DNA of 61,737 bases, filler included, from a candidate division TA06 bacterium SM23_40 (GCA_001303705.1; 4 parts of 4 records of this genome joined end to end with filler, not necessarily neighbours in it), one strand, 5' to 3'. Numbered from the whole stretch's first letter, positions 39,024-50,422 are shown. Numbers and translations: made by a program. Notes: generated by a model from the sequence alone, not told the origin.

Positions 39024-39998
39024 ATGAGATTCACGATGAACCGTCTAGCGCGCATTCTCGTTCCGCCTCTATCCATCTGTCTCATCGCCGGTCCGGCCCT
39101 GTCCGCGGCGTCTGAGGGAATTGGAAGTGAGTATGTCATCGGGGTCGGCGATGAGCTGGCGGTCGACGTGTGGCAGGAGCAGAGTCTCTCCTCGACCGCG
39201 ACCGTGGCGAACGATGGCAAGATCCTGCTGCCGGCGATCGGCCCTGTTGATGCCGCGGGTGAGACCCCATCGGGACTGGGGCAGGAGATCGCGCGTCGGC
39301 TCTCTAACTTCAACCCGCGCATATCGCAGGTGACGGTGAGGGTAGTCGGATACCGCAGCCGCTCAGTATCGGTACTCGGGGAGGTAGCATCGCCCGGGCG
39401 GTATGGATTCGCCGAAATCCCCGATCTTCTCGCGGTCCTCGGCGAGGCCGGTGGCCCGACACCCGAAGCGCGCCTCTCGGAGGTCGTGATTGTCCACGGA
39501 GATGGGAACGGAGAGACGCGCGAGGTAGTCGATCTCGAACGGTATATCGAAGCGGGCGAACCCTCATCGCTTCCCGGGCTCAGGCCAGGGGATACGGTCT
39601 TCGTGCCGGGAGCCACGGAAGGTGCGAGCCTCGGTCGGAATGTCGTCTATGTGTACGGCGAAGTTCGAGACCCGGGCATCTATCCTCTGAGCGATGGCGC
39701 GGACGTCGTGGAAGCGCTGTTGATGGCCGGCGGAACGACCGAGCAGGCCGACGACTCCGATGTCAAGGTCATATCGCGCAGCTCTCATGTGAGGCCGCTC
39801 CAGATCGATGTGCCGAAACTGATGAACCAGGGCTCGATGGACAGCGTACCGAAACTCCGGCCAGGCGATACGGTCGTCGTGGGCAGGCGGAGTGAGTTCT
39901 GGTCGGGCTTCTGGGATCGTTCGCGGGAAGTGACGCTCATCGTATCGGCGGTCGCTTCGCTCTACTTCAGCTACCACATCTACCGGAGTGTGAGATAG
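39024..39998 (+). CDS. Polysaccharide export protein (Wza/SLBB family)
   Basis: YVIGVGDEL, DGKILLP.IG, two SLBB domains (VLGEV..PG, LRPGDTV). Confidence 0.85.
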   Translation: MRFTMNRLARILVPPLSICLIAGPALSAASEGIGSEYVIGVGDELAVDVWQEQSLSSTATVANDGKILLPAIGPVDAAGETPSGLGQEIARRLSNFNPRISQVTVRVVGYRSRSVSVLGEVASPGRYGFAEIPDLLAVLGEAGGPTPEARLSEVVIVHGDGNGETREVVDLERYIEAGEPSSLPGLRPGDTVFVPGATEGASLGRNVVYVYGEVRDPGIYPLSDGADVVEALLMAGGTTEQADDSDVKVISRSSHVRPLQIDVPKLMNQGSMDSVPKLRPGDTVVVGRRSEFWSGFWDRSREVTLIVSAVASLYFSYHIYRSVR

Positions 39999-40020
39999 CT
40001 CCGGGGAAGGAGATTGAGGC

Positions 40021-41446
40021 ATGGCATCGAATGCTGAAGAGCGCGTCGATCTAACCCAGTACTGGCGCATCCTGGTGCGCCGCAGATGGCTCCTGATGGG
40101 GCCGCTCGCGGTCGTCCTCGTGGGCGCCGCAGTTGGCAGTCGACTGGCCCGGCCCGTGTACGAGTCGGGAGCAACGATCCTGATACAACCGCGGCAGCCC
40201 CTGTCTCGCTCTCTCGAGCAGCTCCTCCTCGGTGACCGCAACCTTGCGAGCCGGGAGAGGGCGAGTGCGCTCGCTGAGAGAGTGCGAAGCCCTGACCATC
40301 TCCGCTCTGTGATCGATGCGCTGGGCCTGGCCAGCGACCCCGATCTCCGGCTGGCGGCGGCTCAGGCGATGGAGGATGACCCCGGCGGTCACTCTCTCGA
40401 TGAGATCATCGAACGGAGGCTCATCGGCCGGCTGCGGGGCATGATTGCCGTGGAATCGCGGGGGGCGAACCTGTTTCGCATCTCCGTTCGGGGCGAAGAT
40501 CCTGCGCTGGTACATCGGATCGCCAGGAGCCTGCTTCATGTGATGCAGGAACGTGCGCTGCAGAATGAGTTGGAGAGGGCGAGCTCGATCCAGCAGTTCA
40601 GCGCCGATCAACTTGCGCTGTACCAAGAGCGCCTTGCCGATGCCGAGGAGCGCCTCACGCGCTATCGGAAGGAGATCGCCGCCCGGGCGATCGGTGGGAC
40701 GGTTGTCGACGCCACAAATCTGAGCCAGGCCTCGGCGCTCGTCGACCAGTTCGAAAGCGAGATCGCTGCTCTCGAGGCAGAAATCGAGGATTACTCCGCA
40801 ACGGTAGCCGCGCTGGGACAGCGGCTCGCCGCAGACGCAGGGATCGAAACCCAGACGGATGAAGCACTAAGGATTGCCCGTCGCCTCGTGCCCCTGTTCA
40901 TAACGGCCTCATGGATGGACCCGGAGGTGATGCACCAGAGCGCGGAGCTGGCGCGCACCAGGGACGAGATCCGCCAGGCACTCACTCGCGCCGCTGCCGT
41001 GGAGGTCGCGACGGGCGAAGAAGAGGACGCGATCGCCTGCGCGCTCGCCGCAGTTGATCTGCGTATCGCCAAAGCGAAGCGGGCGACGATCCGGGGGCTG
41101 ATCTATCAGTACCGTGAATCTGTTGTAACGGCCCCGGAGGATGATCTCACCCTCGCTCGCCTCGAGGCAGAGGTGGAGAGGAACCGAGAGATATACAACA
41201 CGCTACTCGAACAGAGTGGGGCTGCAGAGCTCTCCAAGGCTGTGGGAGAACTGGAGATCGAGCGGAGTTTCGAGATTCTTGTATCTCCTTCGCTCCCCCT
41301 GAGTCCGGTGAGCCCGGATCGCAAGAAGGCGTTATGTCTCGGCGCCCTCGTCGGCCTTGTGCTCGGGATTGTGGCTGTCTTCGTGGTGGAGTACGCAGAC
41401 CGGTCGTTGAAGAGTATCGAAGAGGCCGAGGAGTATCTCGAACTGC
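40021..41446 (+). CDS. Polysaccharide chain-length determinant (Wzc/GumC family), 3' truncated
   Basis: DLTQYWRILVRRRWL + TM, coiled coil, PVSPDR + TM, EYADRSLKS. Confidence 0.85.
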
Positions 41447-41546
41447 NNNNNNNNNNNNNNNNNNNNNNNNNNNNNNNNNNNNNNNNNNNNTTAATTAATT
41501 AANNNNNNNNNNNNNNNNNNNNNNNNNNNNNNNNNNNNNNNNNNNN
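41447..41546. other. Artificial contig linker
   Basis: N run, TTAATTAATTAA, N run. Confidence 0.98.
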
Positions 41547-41605
41547 GGGTGCCGTCCGGAGTGCGAAGCCGAGGGACGGCTGCATTAGATTAAGGAACAA
41601 GACGA

Positions 41606-42793
41606 ATGGCAATCGTGAGACCGTGCGGAAGAGGGAAAGTCGTGGGAGGGGGAATACTCCTGTTGTCAGCAATCGCTCCCCTTGCCGGAGTGGCGGTTCC
41701 GGTATGGGGAGCGGGGATGATCGAAGGAGTGCTCCGTAACTACACGACCGGCGAGACCGTCCCTCATCGTTCCGTAATATTGCAGAAAGTTGGAGAGACA
41801 GAGGAGCTGGGGGCGTGGCAGACCATGACCGATGGTCGCGGCCGGTTCCGTTTCGAGGGAGTCGAGATTGATACCCTTGTCTTCTATTACGTCTTTGCCG
41901 ATTACGAGGGTGGGAGCTACTCGAGTGCTCCCCTCGAGCTGGCGGCGACCGCCCCACGTGCCACCATTGAGCTGGCTGTCTATTCCTCATCGCCCGATCC
42001 TGAGGGAGTGACCATCCCGGTACACCATATTATCATCGATGATGCGGGAGAGGCCGTGGTCGTCTCCGAGTACATCCAGCTCATGAACGTCTCTGAGACG
42101 AGCTATATGGGTGAAGCTGATGCCCCTCTGGAAGGGATCGGATTCCGCCAGAGGCTCCCGTCAGGGCATCACGGCCTGGAAGTCATGGATGGCCTGATGG
42201 AGTGCTGCCTGGGGTTTGAGGGCGATGATCTCGTCGAGACGATGGCGATCACTCCCGGGTACCGGGATGTGGCGTTTCGCTATCGCCTGGGAAAATCTTC
42301 CACCCTGGACTTCTCCCGCCCGGTCATCTTCCCGACGCGGGCGTTCCATGTCATGGTGGAAGAGGGTGTGGGAGAAGTCGCCGCACCGGGGCTCGAGATG
42401 CGAGGGGCGTCCACGGTGAGAGGTGTCTCCTATACCACCTATGTTGGCGCCGACCTCGAGGCCGGGCATGAAATCGGGGTGCGGCTCACGCTGACGCGAG
42501 GGCGTCCAGTGCGGGCGCTGGTCTGGATCATCGTCGGGCTCGCTGTTGTCGTGGGGCCGGCCGTTATGATACGTCTCACAAGGGGACGCCGCGAGCGCAC
42601 GGGGGGCAGCGAGACCCCTCCTCGGCGACATCCGGTTGGTGAAGAGTCAGTTGGCGAGGCCTACCGGTACCTGATCAGTGTTCTCGATGAGGCATTGGGC
42701 GACGGCATGATCGAGCCCAAGGCCCACCGGAGGGTGCGTGCGGAGCTTGAGGCGAAACTCGATGAGCTCCTTCCAGAGGAAGAAGATCGGTGA
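41606..42793 (+). CDS. Exported membrane-anchored protein with carboxypeptidase-regulatory-like domain, upstream of ccmA
   Basis: Signal peptide, IEGVLRNYTTG..TDGRGRFRFE, one C-proximal TM; overlaps ccmA start. Confidence 0.65.
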   Translation: MAIVRPCGRGKVVGGGILLLSAIAPLAGVAVPVWGAGMIEGVLRNYTTGETVPHRSVILQKVGETEELGAWQTMTDGRGRFRFEGVEIDTLVFYYVFADYEGGSYSSAPLELAATAPRATIELAVYSSSPDPEGVTIPVHHIIIDDAGEAVVVSEYIQLMNVSETSYMGEADAPLEGIGFRQRLPSGHHGLEVMDGLMECCLGFEGDDLVETMAITPGYRDVAFRYRLGKSSTLDFSRPVIFPTRAFHVMVEEGVGEVAAPGLEMRGASTVRGVSYTTYVGADLEAGHEIGVRLTLTRGRPVRALVWIIVGLAVVVGPAVMIRLTRGRRERTGGSETPPRRHPVGEESVGEAYRYLISVLDEALGDGMIEPKAHRRVRAELEAKLDELLPEEEDR

Positions 42794-43557
42794 CCGCACG
42801 GCTCTCGACAGAAGGCGTGGGCAAGTCGTTCGGCACGCACCGGGTCCTCTCTGATGTCGATCTGGAGGTACGGAGCGGCGAGACGCTCGGTCTCTTCGGG
42901 CCGAACGGATCGGGGAAGACGACCCTGACGTACATTCTGGCCACACTCCTTCAGCCGAGCGAAGGCGTGGTCAAGTTCGACGGTGACGATTGGCGAACGC
43001 GCCCACGCGGCATAAGGCGTCAGATCGGCTTTCTCTCCCACCGGGCGCAGTTGTACGGGGAGCTGACGGCGCGGGAGAATCTGGAATTCTATGCAGGGAT
43101 ATACGGCGTTCCTCATCGCCGTGCTCGGGCGCGCGAGCTTCTCGAGCTGGTCTCTCTCGCCCCGTTCGAAGGTGAGGAGGTGAAGGTTTTCTCCCGCGGG
43201 ATGACCCAGCGGCTCTCTGTGGCTAAGGCCCTGCTCCATGATCCTCCTGTGCTTCTGTTCGACGAGCCGTTCGAAGGGCTCGATGCCTCCGGGCGGGAGA
43301 TCGTCTGCGATATCATGGAGCGAGAGCGTGAGCGAGGTAAGGCGGTCTTCCTTGTGACCCACGATCTCGAGCTCGCCCACCGATTGGCGACAGAGCTAGT
43401 CCTCCTCGTCGACGGTACGATCGCGCGGAGATACGACACGTCTTCGGTCGGGCTGGGCGAAGTCGATACTGAATACCGGAGATACACGGAGGGAGAGAAG
43501 GATCAGATCGTCGGTGGCGGGGCGAGGTACTCATGGCCAGAGGCATTCTGTTTCTGA
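42790..43557 (+). CDS. ccmA: Heme ABC exporter ATP-binding subunit
   Basis: GPNGSGKT, FSRGM, FDEPF; followed by ccmB and ccmC. Confidence 0.85.
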   Translation: MTARLSTEGVGKSFGTHRVLSDVDLEVRSGETLGLFGPNGSGKTTLTYILATLLQPSEGVVKFDGDDWRTRPRGIRRQIGFLSHRAQLYGELTARENLEFYAGIYGVPHRRARARELLELVSLAPFEGEEVKVFSRGMTQRLSVAKALLHDPPVLLFDEPFEGLDASGREIVCDIMERERERGKAVFLVTHDLELAHRLATELVLLVDGTIARRYDTSSVGLGEVDTEYRRYTEGEKDQIVGGGARYSWPEAFCF

Positions 43558-44204
43558 TACTGAAAGATATCCGATTGCAGATTCGCAGTGTCGACGCGAT
43601 CGCGGCCATGTTCATTATGGGTCTCCTCGTGGTGCTCATCTTCATCTTCGGGTTTGGCCCGATCATCACCAAACCGGCAGAAGTGGCCGGCGTCGTGATC
43701 TGGGTTGGACTTTCGTTCTCGGCGGTGATCGGGCTCTCCCGCTCGTTCGAGGTTGAGTGGCGCGAGGAGGGGTTCCGGGCGTTCCGGCTCGCCGGACTCG
43801 ATCCGGGAGCGATCTACCTGGGCAAAGTAGTCTTGAATGTCGTAATGCTGCTGCTCGTCGCGCTCGTGCTCGTTCCCGTCACACTCGTATTTCTCGATGT
43901 GCTGCGCCCGGGGGCACTGGTTCTCCTCGGCGTCGTGATCTTCATGGGAGTCGTCGGGCTATCGGCGGTGGGGGGGATCCTCTCCGCCGTCTCCTCTCAG
44001 ACCAGGGGGAGGGAGAGCTTGCTGTCGGTGCTTCTCTTCCCGCTCCTCATCCCGGCTCTCATTTCGGCGGTGAAGTGCACGCGCGCCCTGCTCGTAGGGG
44101 GGACGCTGGCGGGGGCGGGGAATTGGCTCCGTCTTCTCGGGGTATACGATCTCATCTTTCTTGCTGCCGCATTTCTACTATTTGAGTACGTGATCGAAGA
44201 GTGA
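43533..44204 (+). CDS. ccmB: Heme exporter permease
   Basis: About six TM helices, RSFEVE, IYLGK, RESLLSVLLFPL. Confidence 0.88.
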   Translation: MARGILFLILKDIRLQIRSVDAIAAMFIMGLLVVLIFIFGFGPIITKPAEVAGVVIWVGLSFSAVIGLSRSFEVEWREEGFRAFRLAGLDPGAIYLGKVVLNVVMLLLVALVLVPVTLVFLDVLRPGALVLLGVVIFMGVVGLSAVGGILSAVSSQTRGRESLLSVLLFPLLIPALISAVKCTRALLVGGTLAGAGNWLRLLGVYDLIFLAAAFLLFEYVIEE

Positions 44205-44205
44205 G

Positions 44206-44946
44206 GTGATTGAGATGCCTCCGAGGAAGGGGCATGGCTGTTCACAGGGAGGCCAACCGGCGGGGTGGGATTCACTGGCGGCTATGGGGATCGTGGCGGG
44301 GGTTTCGATGCTCGTCTCGCTGGTGCTCATCCTCTTCTTTGCTCCGCTTGAGAAGGAGATGGGCATCGTCCAGAAGATATTTTACGTTCATGTCGCGAGC
44401 GCCTTCGCCGCCTTTACCGCCTTCGGCCTCACCTTCATATGCAGCATCGCCTATCTCGTGAGGAGGAGCAGGGCCTACGACCAGGTAGCCGCGTCGTCGG
44501 TCGAGGTCGGGCTCGTCTTCTGTACCATCGTGCTCCTCACCGGGCCGATCTGGGCGAAAGCAGCGTGGGGCGTATGGTGGACGTGGGATCCCCGCCTGAC
44601 GACAACTCTGGTGCTGTGGCTGATCTACGTCGGATACCTCCTCCTCCGCGCTTCAGCGATGAGGGAGCGGAGGCGAGCAGTCGCGGCGGTGTACGGGATC
44701 ATCGGATTTATCGATGTGCCGATAGTCTTCATGTCTATCAGGTGGTGGCGCACGATCCATCCGGTCGTCATCGAGTTGGGCGGGATCGGACTCAGCCCGC
44801 GGATGAAACTTGTCTTTTTCATCACGTTGCTTGCCTTCTTCCTCTGGTATCTCTATCTGTTGATGATACGGTGGCGGGTAGCTGCACTGGAGGAGGAGAT
44901 AGATGATCTGCGAAAGCGGCGGATTTCGGAAGGATCGATCCCATGA
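44206..44946 (+). CDS. ccmC: Heme exporter/cytochrome c biogenesis protein
   Basis: IFYVH, WWD motif TGPIWAKAAWGVWWTWDPRLTT, WWRTIHP. Confidence 0.92.
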   Translation: MIEMPPRKGHGCSQGGQPAGWDSLAAMGIVAGVSMLVSLVLILFFAPLEKEMGIVQKIFYVHVASAFAAFTAFGLTFICSIAYLVRRSRAYDQVAASSVEVGLVFCTIVLLTGPIWAKAAWGVWWTWDPRLTTTLVLWLIYVGYLLLRASAMRERRRAVAAVYGIIGFIDVPIVFMSIRWWRTIHPVVIELGGIGLSPRMKLVFFITLLAFFLWYLYLLMIRWRVAALEEEIDDLRKRRISEGSIP

Positions 44947-45056
44947 TCTACTTTGCCGCTGCCTATCTCATCGTCTGGGCCATCTTTCTGTCTTATGGAT
45001 TGATTCTGGGGGGGAGGCTGAGGCGGGCCGAGCGCCGAATCCGCAGCAGCCGGTAG
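44943..45056 (+). CDS. ccmD: CcmD-like small membrane protein (37 aa, not in ORF track)
   Basis: MIYFAAAYLIVWAIFLSYGLILGGRLRRAERRIRSSR; ATGA overlap with ccmC stop. Confidence 0.8.
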   Translation: MIYFAAAYLIVWAIFLSYGLILGGRLRRAERRIRSSR

Positions 45057-45203
45057 GGCCGGAGCCTGTTGAACGACATGGCCCGGCTGAGAAGGGATGG
45101 TATAGGCTGTTTGCCGGCTGCCGGCGGAGCGACTCGTGTCTTCCTGTCCCACTCGACGGCAGAGATCGAATGTTGACATAAGGCAGGTCGAAGGAGATGG
45201 AAG

Positions 45204-45593
45204 ATGATCAGCTATGGTTTTGAGAAACAGACGGATCTGCCGTTCGGACGAGCGCTGGAGGTAGTGTCGGAAGAGTTGAAGAAGGAGGGATTCGGGATCC
45301 TGACGGAGATCGACGTAAAGGAGAAGTTCAGGGAAAAACTCGGCATCGACTTCAAGAAGTATATCATACTTGGCGCATGCAACCCGCCGCTTGCACACCA
45401 GGCGATTCTCGCCGAGGAGAACATCGGGCTGATGCTGCCCTGTAATGTTATTGTGTATGAGAAAGAGAAGGGAACCGGGATCGCCGTCATCAAGCCGACA
45501 GCGGCGATGGGGATGATCGCTAACGAGAAACTGAGAGGGGTCGCGGAAGAGGTCGAGGCGAAACTGAGAAAGGTATTCGATTCCATTCCGTAG
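45204..45593 (+). CDS. DUF302 family protein
   Basis: GFGILTEID, ILGACNP, IGLMLPCNV. Confidence 0.88.
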   Translation: MISYGFEKQTDLPFGRALEVVSEELKKEGFGILTEIDVKEKFREKLGIDFKKYIILGACNPPLAHQAILAEENIGLMLPCNVIVYEKEKGTGIAVIKPTAAMGMIANEKLRGVAEEVEAKLRKVFDSIP

Positions 45594-45795
45594 AAGGAAT
45601 CGACTGGCGGAGTTTCGGAAGGCCCGCTGCAGGGCGGCGGGCGTACGGACGTGCAGTCCGCTGGCTGTTCGCAGGCTGCCGGAATCAGCCAGCCGGGATC
45701 GGGAGCAGGCCTTATTGATGTCCCGGGAGTGAGCTGGTTTTGCGGTCCGTACGATGTGTCGATAGGCTCACCCCAGCCAACGATGGAGGAGAACG

Positions 45796-47847
45796 ATGCG
45801 GTACGAGAGAGTGCTACTGATCGCCATGGCGATCGTGTTGTCGGTCAGTGTCCTGTCGGCGATTGCATCAGAGCGGATGGTGCTGGCAGAGGGATTCACT
45901 AACACCGGGTGAGCGTCGTGTCCGCCGGCCGACAGTGTGTTGGCCTTTCTTGCCGAAACATACGATACCATTCTGGCTGTCATTTCGTACCATACCTGGT
46001 GGCCGAGTGGAGCGGATCCGTTCTATCTGGCGAATATCGCCGAGAGCACTGCCCGGATCAACTACTACGGGGTCAACTACACCCCTGATTCCTGGTTCGA
46101 TGGAACGCTCCATGGAGAGTGGATCTGGACTACCTGGGAGAGTAAGGTTCTGAGCCGGTACAGTGTGGCGAGCCCCCTCGAGATACACCTCGACGCGACG
46201 CTGGCTGAGGTGCCGATGGGAGGCAGGGTGACCGCCACTGTGCTGCAGACCGAACCATCCGTGCCCTCGGATCTGCGGCTGCGGTTCGCAGTCACCGAGT
46301 CTGCCCTCGGTTACGGCGGCGAGGAGTACGAGGATGTGTTCCGCGACATGTTCCCGGATGTCGCGGGAGTCTCGATCGTGACCATCTTCGGCGACAGCAT
46401 CACTGAATCGGCCGATTTCATCGTCTCTCCGGAGTGGGATCTCGCCAACTCCGAGATCGTCGTCTTCGTTCAGAGCGATGTGACGCGCGAGGTCGTCCAG
46501 GCGGCGAAGATGGATGTCCCTCTCGACGTGCCATACTGCAGGGCGGTCGGCGTCGTCGTGAATGACAGCGGCGGCGACGGCGACGGACGGGCAGAGGGGG
46601 GGGAGACGGTCGATCTCGTCATCACTATCGAGAACGGCGAGGGCTGGCTCGATGCCACGAATGTCTTCGCGGTGCTGAGGACTGACGATGCCGATGTCAC
46701 GGTGACCGATTCGACAACTGCTTTCCCCGACCTTCCCGCGGGATCCTCGGGGTACAACGAAGGAGATGACCTCACGATCTCTGTGGCGCCGGGTGCGGAG
46801 CCGCACCTCGCCCGGTTCGAGCTCGAGATCAGCACAGATCCCCCGAACTTCGCCCCCACCGATAGTTTCTCGCTCATCATTGGACATCCCGCTGTGATGC
46901 TCATCGACGACGACGGCGGCGGGTCGCTGGAGGAGGAATACCGCACAATACTTGCTGATAGCCTGCACCTCTTCCACGATGAATGGTCGGTGGCAGAACA
47001 GGGATCCCCTGACGGGGCCTGGCTGGCGAACTCTCAGGTGGTGATCTGGTTTACGGGGACGGACACCGCGACGACGCTCGGACCGGACGATATCGTTGCG
47101 TTGAGCAGCTATCTCGATCAGGGCGGAGCGCTGTTCATCAACGGCTCGGGAATCGGGCGGGACATCGGATCGGGGCCGTTCTACGCGGACTACCTCCACA
47201 GCACCTATGTGGGGACGACGGCTGACTATGTCGTACGGGGCGTGCCCGGGCATCCAATCGTCGGCGACTCGATGTTGGTGCTGCTGTGGACAGAGCCCAA
47301 GGAGATCATCTTGCCGGCAACAGGCGGCGACGCCATGCTGTACTATGACCAGGGTGGGGATGCCGCTGTCACGTACGATGACAGCTATCAGGTCGTGTAC
47401 CTGGGATTCAGATTCGAGGCGATCGAGGAAGGCGCTCCGGTGGGCATCCGCAAGTATGAACTGATGGGGCGGATACTGAACTGGATGGGGATCGTTGGTG
47501 TCGGAGACAAGGGCGAGGAAGGCGGTTTTGCCCTCGGAGAACCGCCTCGGCTTCTCGCTCCTAATCGCCCGAATCCATTCCCCGACGCTACTACTATTCA
47601 GTATGTGGTGCCCGGCCGGTCGTCCGGTCGAGTCCCGGTCAGGCTGATGATCTACAATATTCTCGGGCAGCGGGTACGCACCCTCGTCGACCGCGAACTG
47701 ACTCCGGGAGCGTACACCGTGACCTGGGATGGACGCGACAGTGCGGGGATCCAGGCCGGCAGCGGCATCTACTTCTGTCGCCTGGAGGCCGGCGAGGCAT
47801 CCGATGTGAGGAAACTGGTACGTATGAGAGGTACCAGCTCGAGATGA
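45796..47847 (+). CDS. Exported Omp28/thioredoxin-like protein with UxxC motif (probable selenoprotein) and FlgD/T9SS-like C-terminal domain
   Basis: GGAGGAG RBS, ATG 45796, signal peptide, [10 protein letters not shown]-[TGA 45910-45912]-ASCP in frame with the 636-aa [23 protein letters not shown]. Confidence 0.82.
45927..45945 (+). promoter_or_regulatory. Putative SECIS hairpin
   Basis: GGCCGACA-GTG-TGTTGGCC, 8-bp stem (one G-U), loop G at +23 after the TGA. Confidence 0.6.
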
Positions 47848-47881
47848 ACAAGTGGTGGCAGGGTGGATTGCAGAGGCTCAG

Positions 47882-50341
47882 ATGGGTACGAGGACGGTCG
47901 ATCTCCACATAGAAGGGATGAACTGCGCCAGCTGCGTGGCGAGGATCGAAAAGGGACTGGCACGGCTTGAGGGCGTGGACGAGGTGAGCGCAAACCTCGC
48001 TACCGAGCGGGCGACCGTCAGCTTCGATCCTGACGTTGTCGGGATCGACCGCCTCATCGAGGAGGTCTCAAACCTCGGGTATCGGGCGGTCACCGAGCGG
48101 CTCACATTGCCTATCGAGGGGATGACCTGCGCCGCATGTGTTGCCCGGGTGGAGCGTGCGCTCAGCGAGGTCGATGGCGTAGTCGGCGCGAATGTCAATT
48201 TCGCTACTGAGCAGGCGACCGTCGACTTTCAGCCGTCACTGGTGACACTCGATCGGCTGAGCGAGGCTGTGGACGCGGCGGGCTACAGAGTCGGCAGGCT
48301 GGAGGGGGAGGAAGAACCGGCTGATGCCGAACGGCTCGCCAGAGGGCGGGAAGTACGCGTCCTCAAACTGAAGCTCGCCATCGGTGTCTCTGTAAGTGCC
48401 GTTCTCTTCGTCGGCATGCTCCGCATGTGGATTCCGGTAATACCTTCCATCTTCTCCAATCCGTATCTCCAGTTTGTCATTGCCACGCCCGTCCAATTCT
48501 GGGTAGGATGGCAGTTCTACCGTGGGTTCTGGAAGGCGCTTCTCCATCGCACCGCCGACATGAATACGCTGATCGCCGTGGGCACTTCCGCGGCGTACCT
48601 GTATAGTCTCGTCGCCACATTCGTTCCCCAGTGGCTTGCCCAGGCGGGCCAGGGGCGGGAGGTCTACTATGACACCGCGGTGATGATCGTCACGTTGATC
48701 ATATTGGGGCGATTCCTCGAGGCCCGGGCCAAGGGGCAGGCGTCAGAAGCAATTCGACAGCTGATCGGTCTGCAGCCGAAGATGGCGCGGGTGAGGCGGG
48801 ACGGAGTGGAGGTCGATATCCGAGTTGAAGACGTGCAGGTCGGCGACCTCGTCATCGTGCGCCCGGGCGAGAGGATCCCGGTCGATGGCCGGGTGCGGGA
48901 GGGATACTCCAGTGTCGATGAATCGATGTTGACCGGCGAGAGCATCCCTGTCGAGAAGGGCATCGGCGACCAGGTCATCGGGGCGACGATCAACAAGACA
49001 GGGAGCTTCGTCTTCGAGGCCATCAACGTTGGCAGAGAGACGGCACTGGCTCAGATCATTAGGCTCGTTCAGGAGGCGCAGGGGTCGAAGGCTCCGATTC
49101 AGCGTCTGGCCGATCGCGTGGCGAGTATCTTTGTGCCGGCCGTGATCGCCATCGCTGCCGTCACTTTCCTCATCTGGTTGTTTTTCGGCCCCGAGCCCTC
49201 GCTCACATTCGCGCTCGTCAACTTCGTCGCCGTATTGATCGTCGCCTGCCCCTGCGCTCTGGGGCTCGCAACGCCGACGGCGATCATGGTGGGGACGGGC
49301 AGGGGCGCGCAGCTCGGGATATTGATCCGTGGAGGTGAATCCCTCGAAGTCGCACATCGCTTGCGTTCGGTCATCTTTGACAAGACGGGAACGCTCACGG
49401 AAGGTAAGCCGCGTGTTACCGACGTGATTGCACTGGGGAATGTGGGAGAGAGCGAGATCATTCGCCTGGCGGCGTCGGCGGAGCGCGGGTCAGAACATCC
49501 GCTCGGCGAGGCTCTGGTGGAGAAGGCGGCGGAGCGCGGGATCGAGCTGTCGAGGGCGGAACAGTTCGATACCCTGCCCGGCCTCGGGGTGCGCGCCACC
49601 GTCAGTGGAAGAAGCCTCACCATAGGTAATATGAAGATGGCGGAGGGCGATGGGCTGGAGACGAGCGGGGCCACCGAGCATCTCGAGCGGCTTTCCGGCG
49701 AAGGGAAGACACCTGTCATCATCGCCGAGGACGGAGTGATTCTGGGAGTGGTGGCGGTAGCCGACACACTAAAGGATCATGCGGCGGAAGCGGTAGGTTC
49801 ACTTCACAGGCTCGGGCTCGAGGTACTGATGATCACCGGTGATAACAAGAGGACCGCGGACGCAATCGCCGGTGATGTGGGGATCGATCGCGTGCTTGCC
49901 GAGGTGTTGCCGCACGAGAAGGCGGGCGAGGTTAAGACGCTCCAGGATGCTGGGCGGATCGTCGCTATGGTCGGGGATGGCATCAACGACTCACCGGCCC
50001 TGGCCCAGGCAGACCTCGGGATCGCGATCGGGACGGGCACCGATGTGGCCATGGAGGCGTCTGACATCACGCTCATCACCGGAGATGTGAGAGGAGTGGT
50101 GACTGCGATCGAGCTTTCACGCCAGACGGTGCGGACCATCAAACAGAACCTGTTCTGGGCGTTCTTCTACAATAGCGCCTTCATACCCGTGGCGGCCGGG
50201 GTCCTGTACCCGGCGTTTGGCATCCTGCTCAATCCGGTCTTCGCCGCTGTGGCCATGGCGTTCAGCTCCGTATCGGTTGTGACGAACTCCCTCAGGTTGC
50301 GGCGATTCAAGCCGCGGGTTGTGTCGGGAGGCCGACCGTGA
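47882..50341 (+). CDS. copA: Copper-translocating P1B-type ATPase
   Basis: Two GMxCxxC HMA domains, TGES, CPC, DKTGT, SEHP, GDGIND, YN and MxxSS. Confidence 0.95.
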   Translation: MGTRTVDLHIEGMNCASCVARIEKGLARLEGVDEVSANLATERATVSFDPDVVGIDRLIEEVSNLGYRAVTERLTLPIEGMTCAACVARVERALSEVDGVVGANVNFATEQATVDFQPSLVTLDRLSEAVDAAGYRVGRLEGEEEPADAERLARGREVRVLKLKLAIGVSVSAVLFVGMLRMWIPVIPSIFSNPYLQFVIATPVQFWVGWQFYRGFWKALLHRTADMNTLIAVGTSAAYLYSLVATFVPQWLAQAGQGREVYYDTAVMIVTLIILGRFLEARAKGQASEAIRQLIGLQPKMARVRRDGVEVDIRVEDVQVGDLVIVRPGERIPVDGRVREGYSSVDESMLTGESIPVEKGIGDQVIGATINKTGSFVFEAINVGRETALAQIIRLVQEAQGSKAPIQRLADRVASIFVPAVIAIAAVTFLIWLFFGPEPSLTFALVNFVAVLIVACPCALGLATPTAIMVGTGRGAQLGILIRGGESLEVAHRLRSVIFDKTGTLTEGKPRVTDVIALGNVGESEIIRLAASAERGSEHPLGEALVEKAAERGIELSRAEQFDTLPGLGVRATVSGRSLTIGNMKMAEGDGLETSGATEHLERLSGEGKTPVIIAEDGVILGVVAVADTLKDHAAEAVGSLHRLGLEVLMITGDNKRTADAIAGDVGIDRVLAEVLPHEKAGEVKTLQDAGRIVAMVGDGINDSPALAQADLGIAIGTGTDVAMEASDITLITGDVRGVVTAIELSRQTVRTIKQNLFWAFFYNSAFIPVAAGVLYPAFGILLNPVFAAVAMAFSSVSVVTNSLRLRRFKPRVVSGGRP

Positions 50342-50422
50342 TGAGGGGGGCCGGTTCTCGGTGGCGAGTCTGTTGAGGAGCGCATCGGGGACGTTCTCGA
50401 AGATCGGGGAGGTTCGATTCCA

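Noticed and set aside
45868-47253. Long antisense ORFs (461 aa here; also 25313-26479, 2957-3994, 58149-59051)
   Set aside because: Shadow frames of real GC-rich genes with no recognisable motifs.
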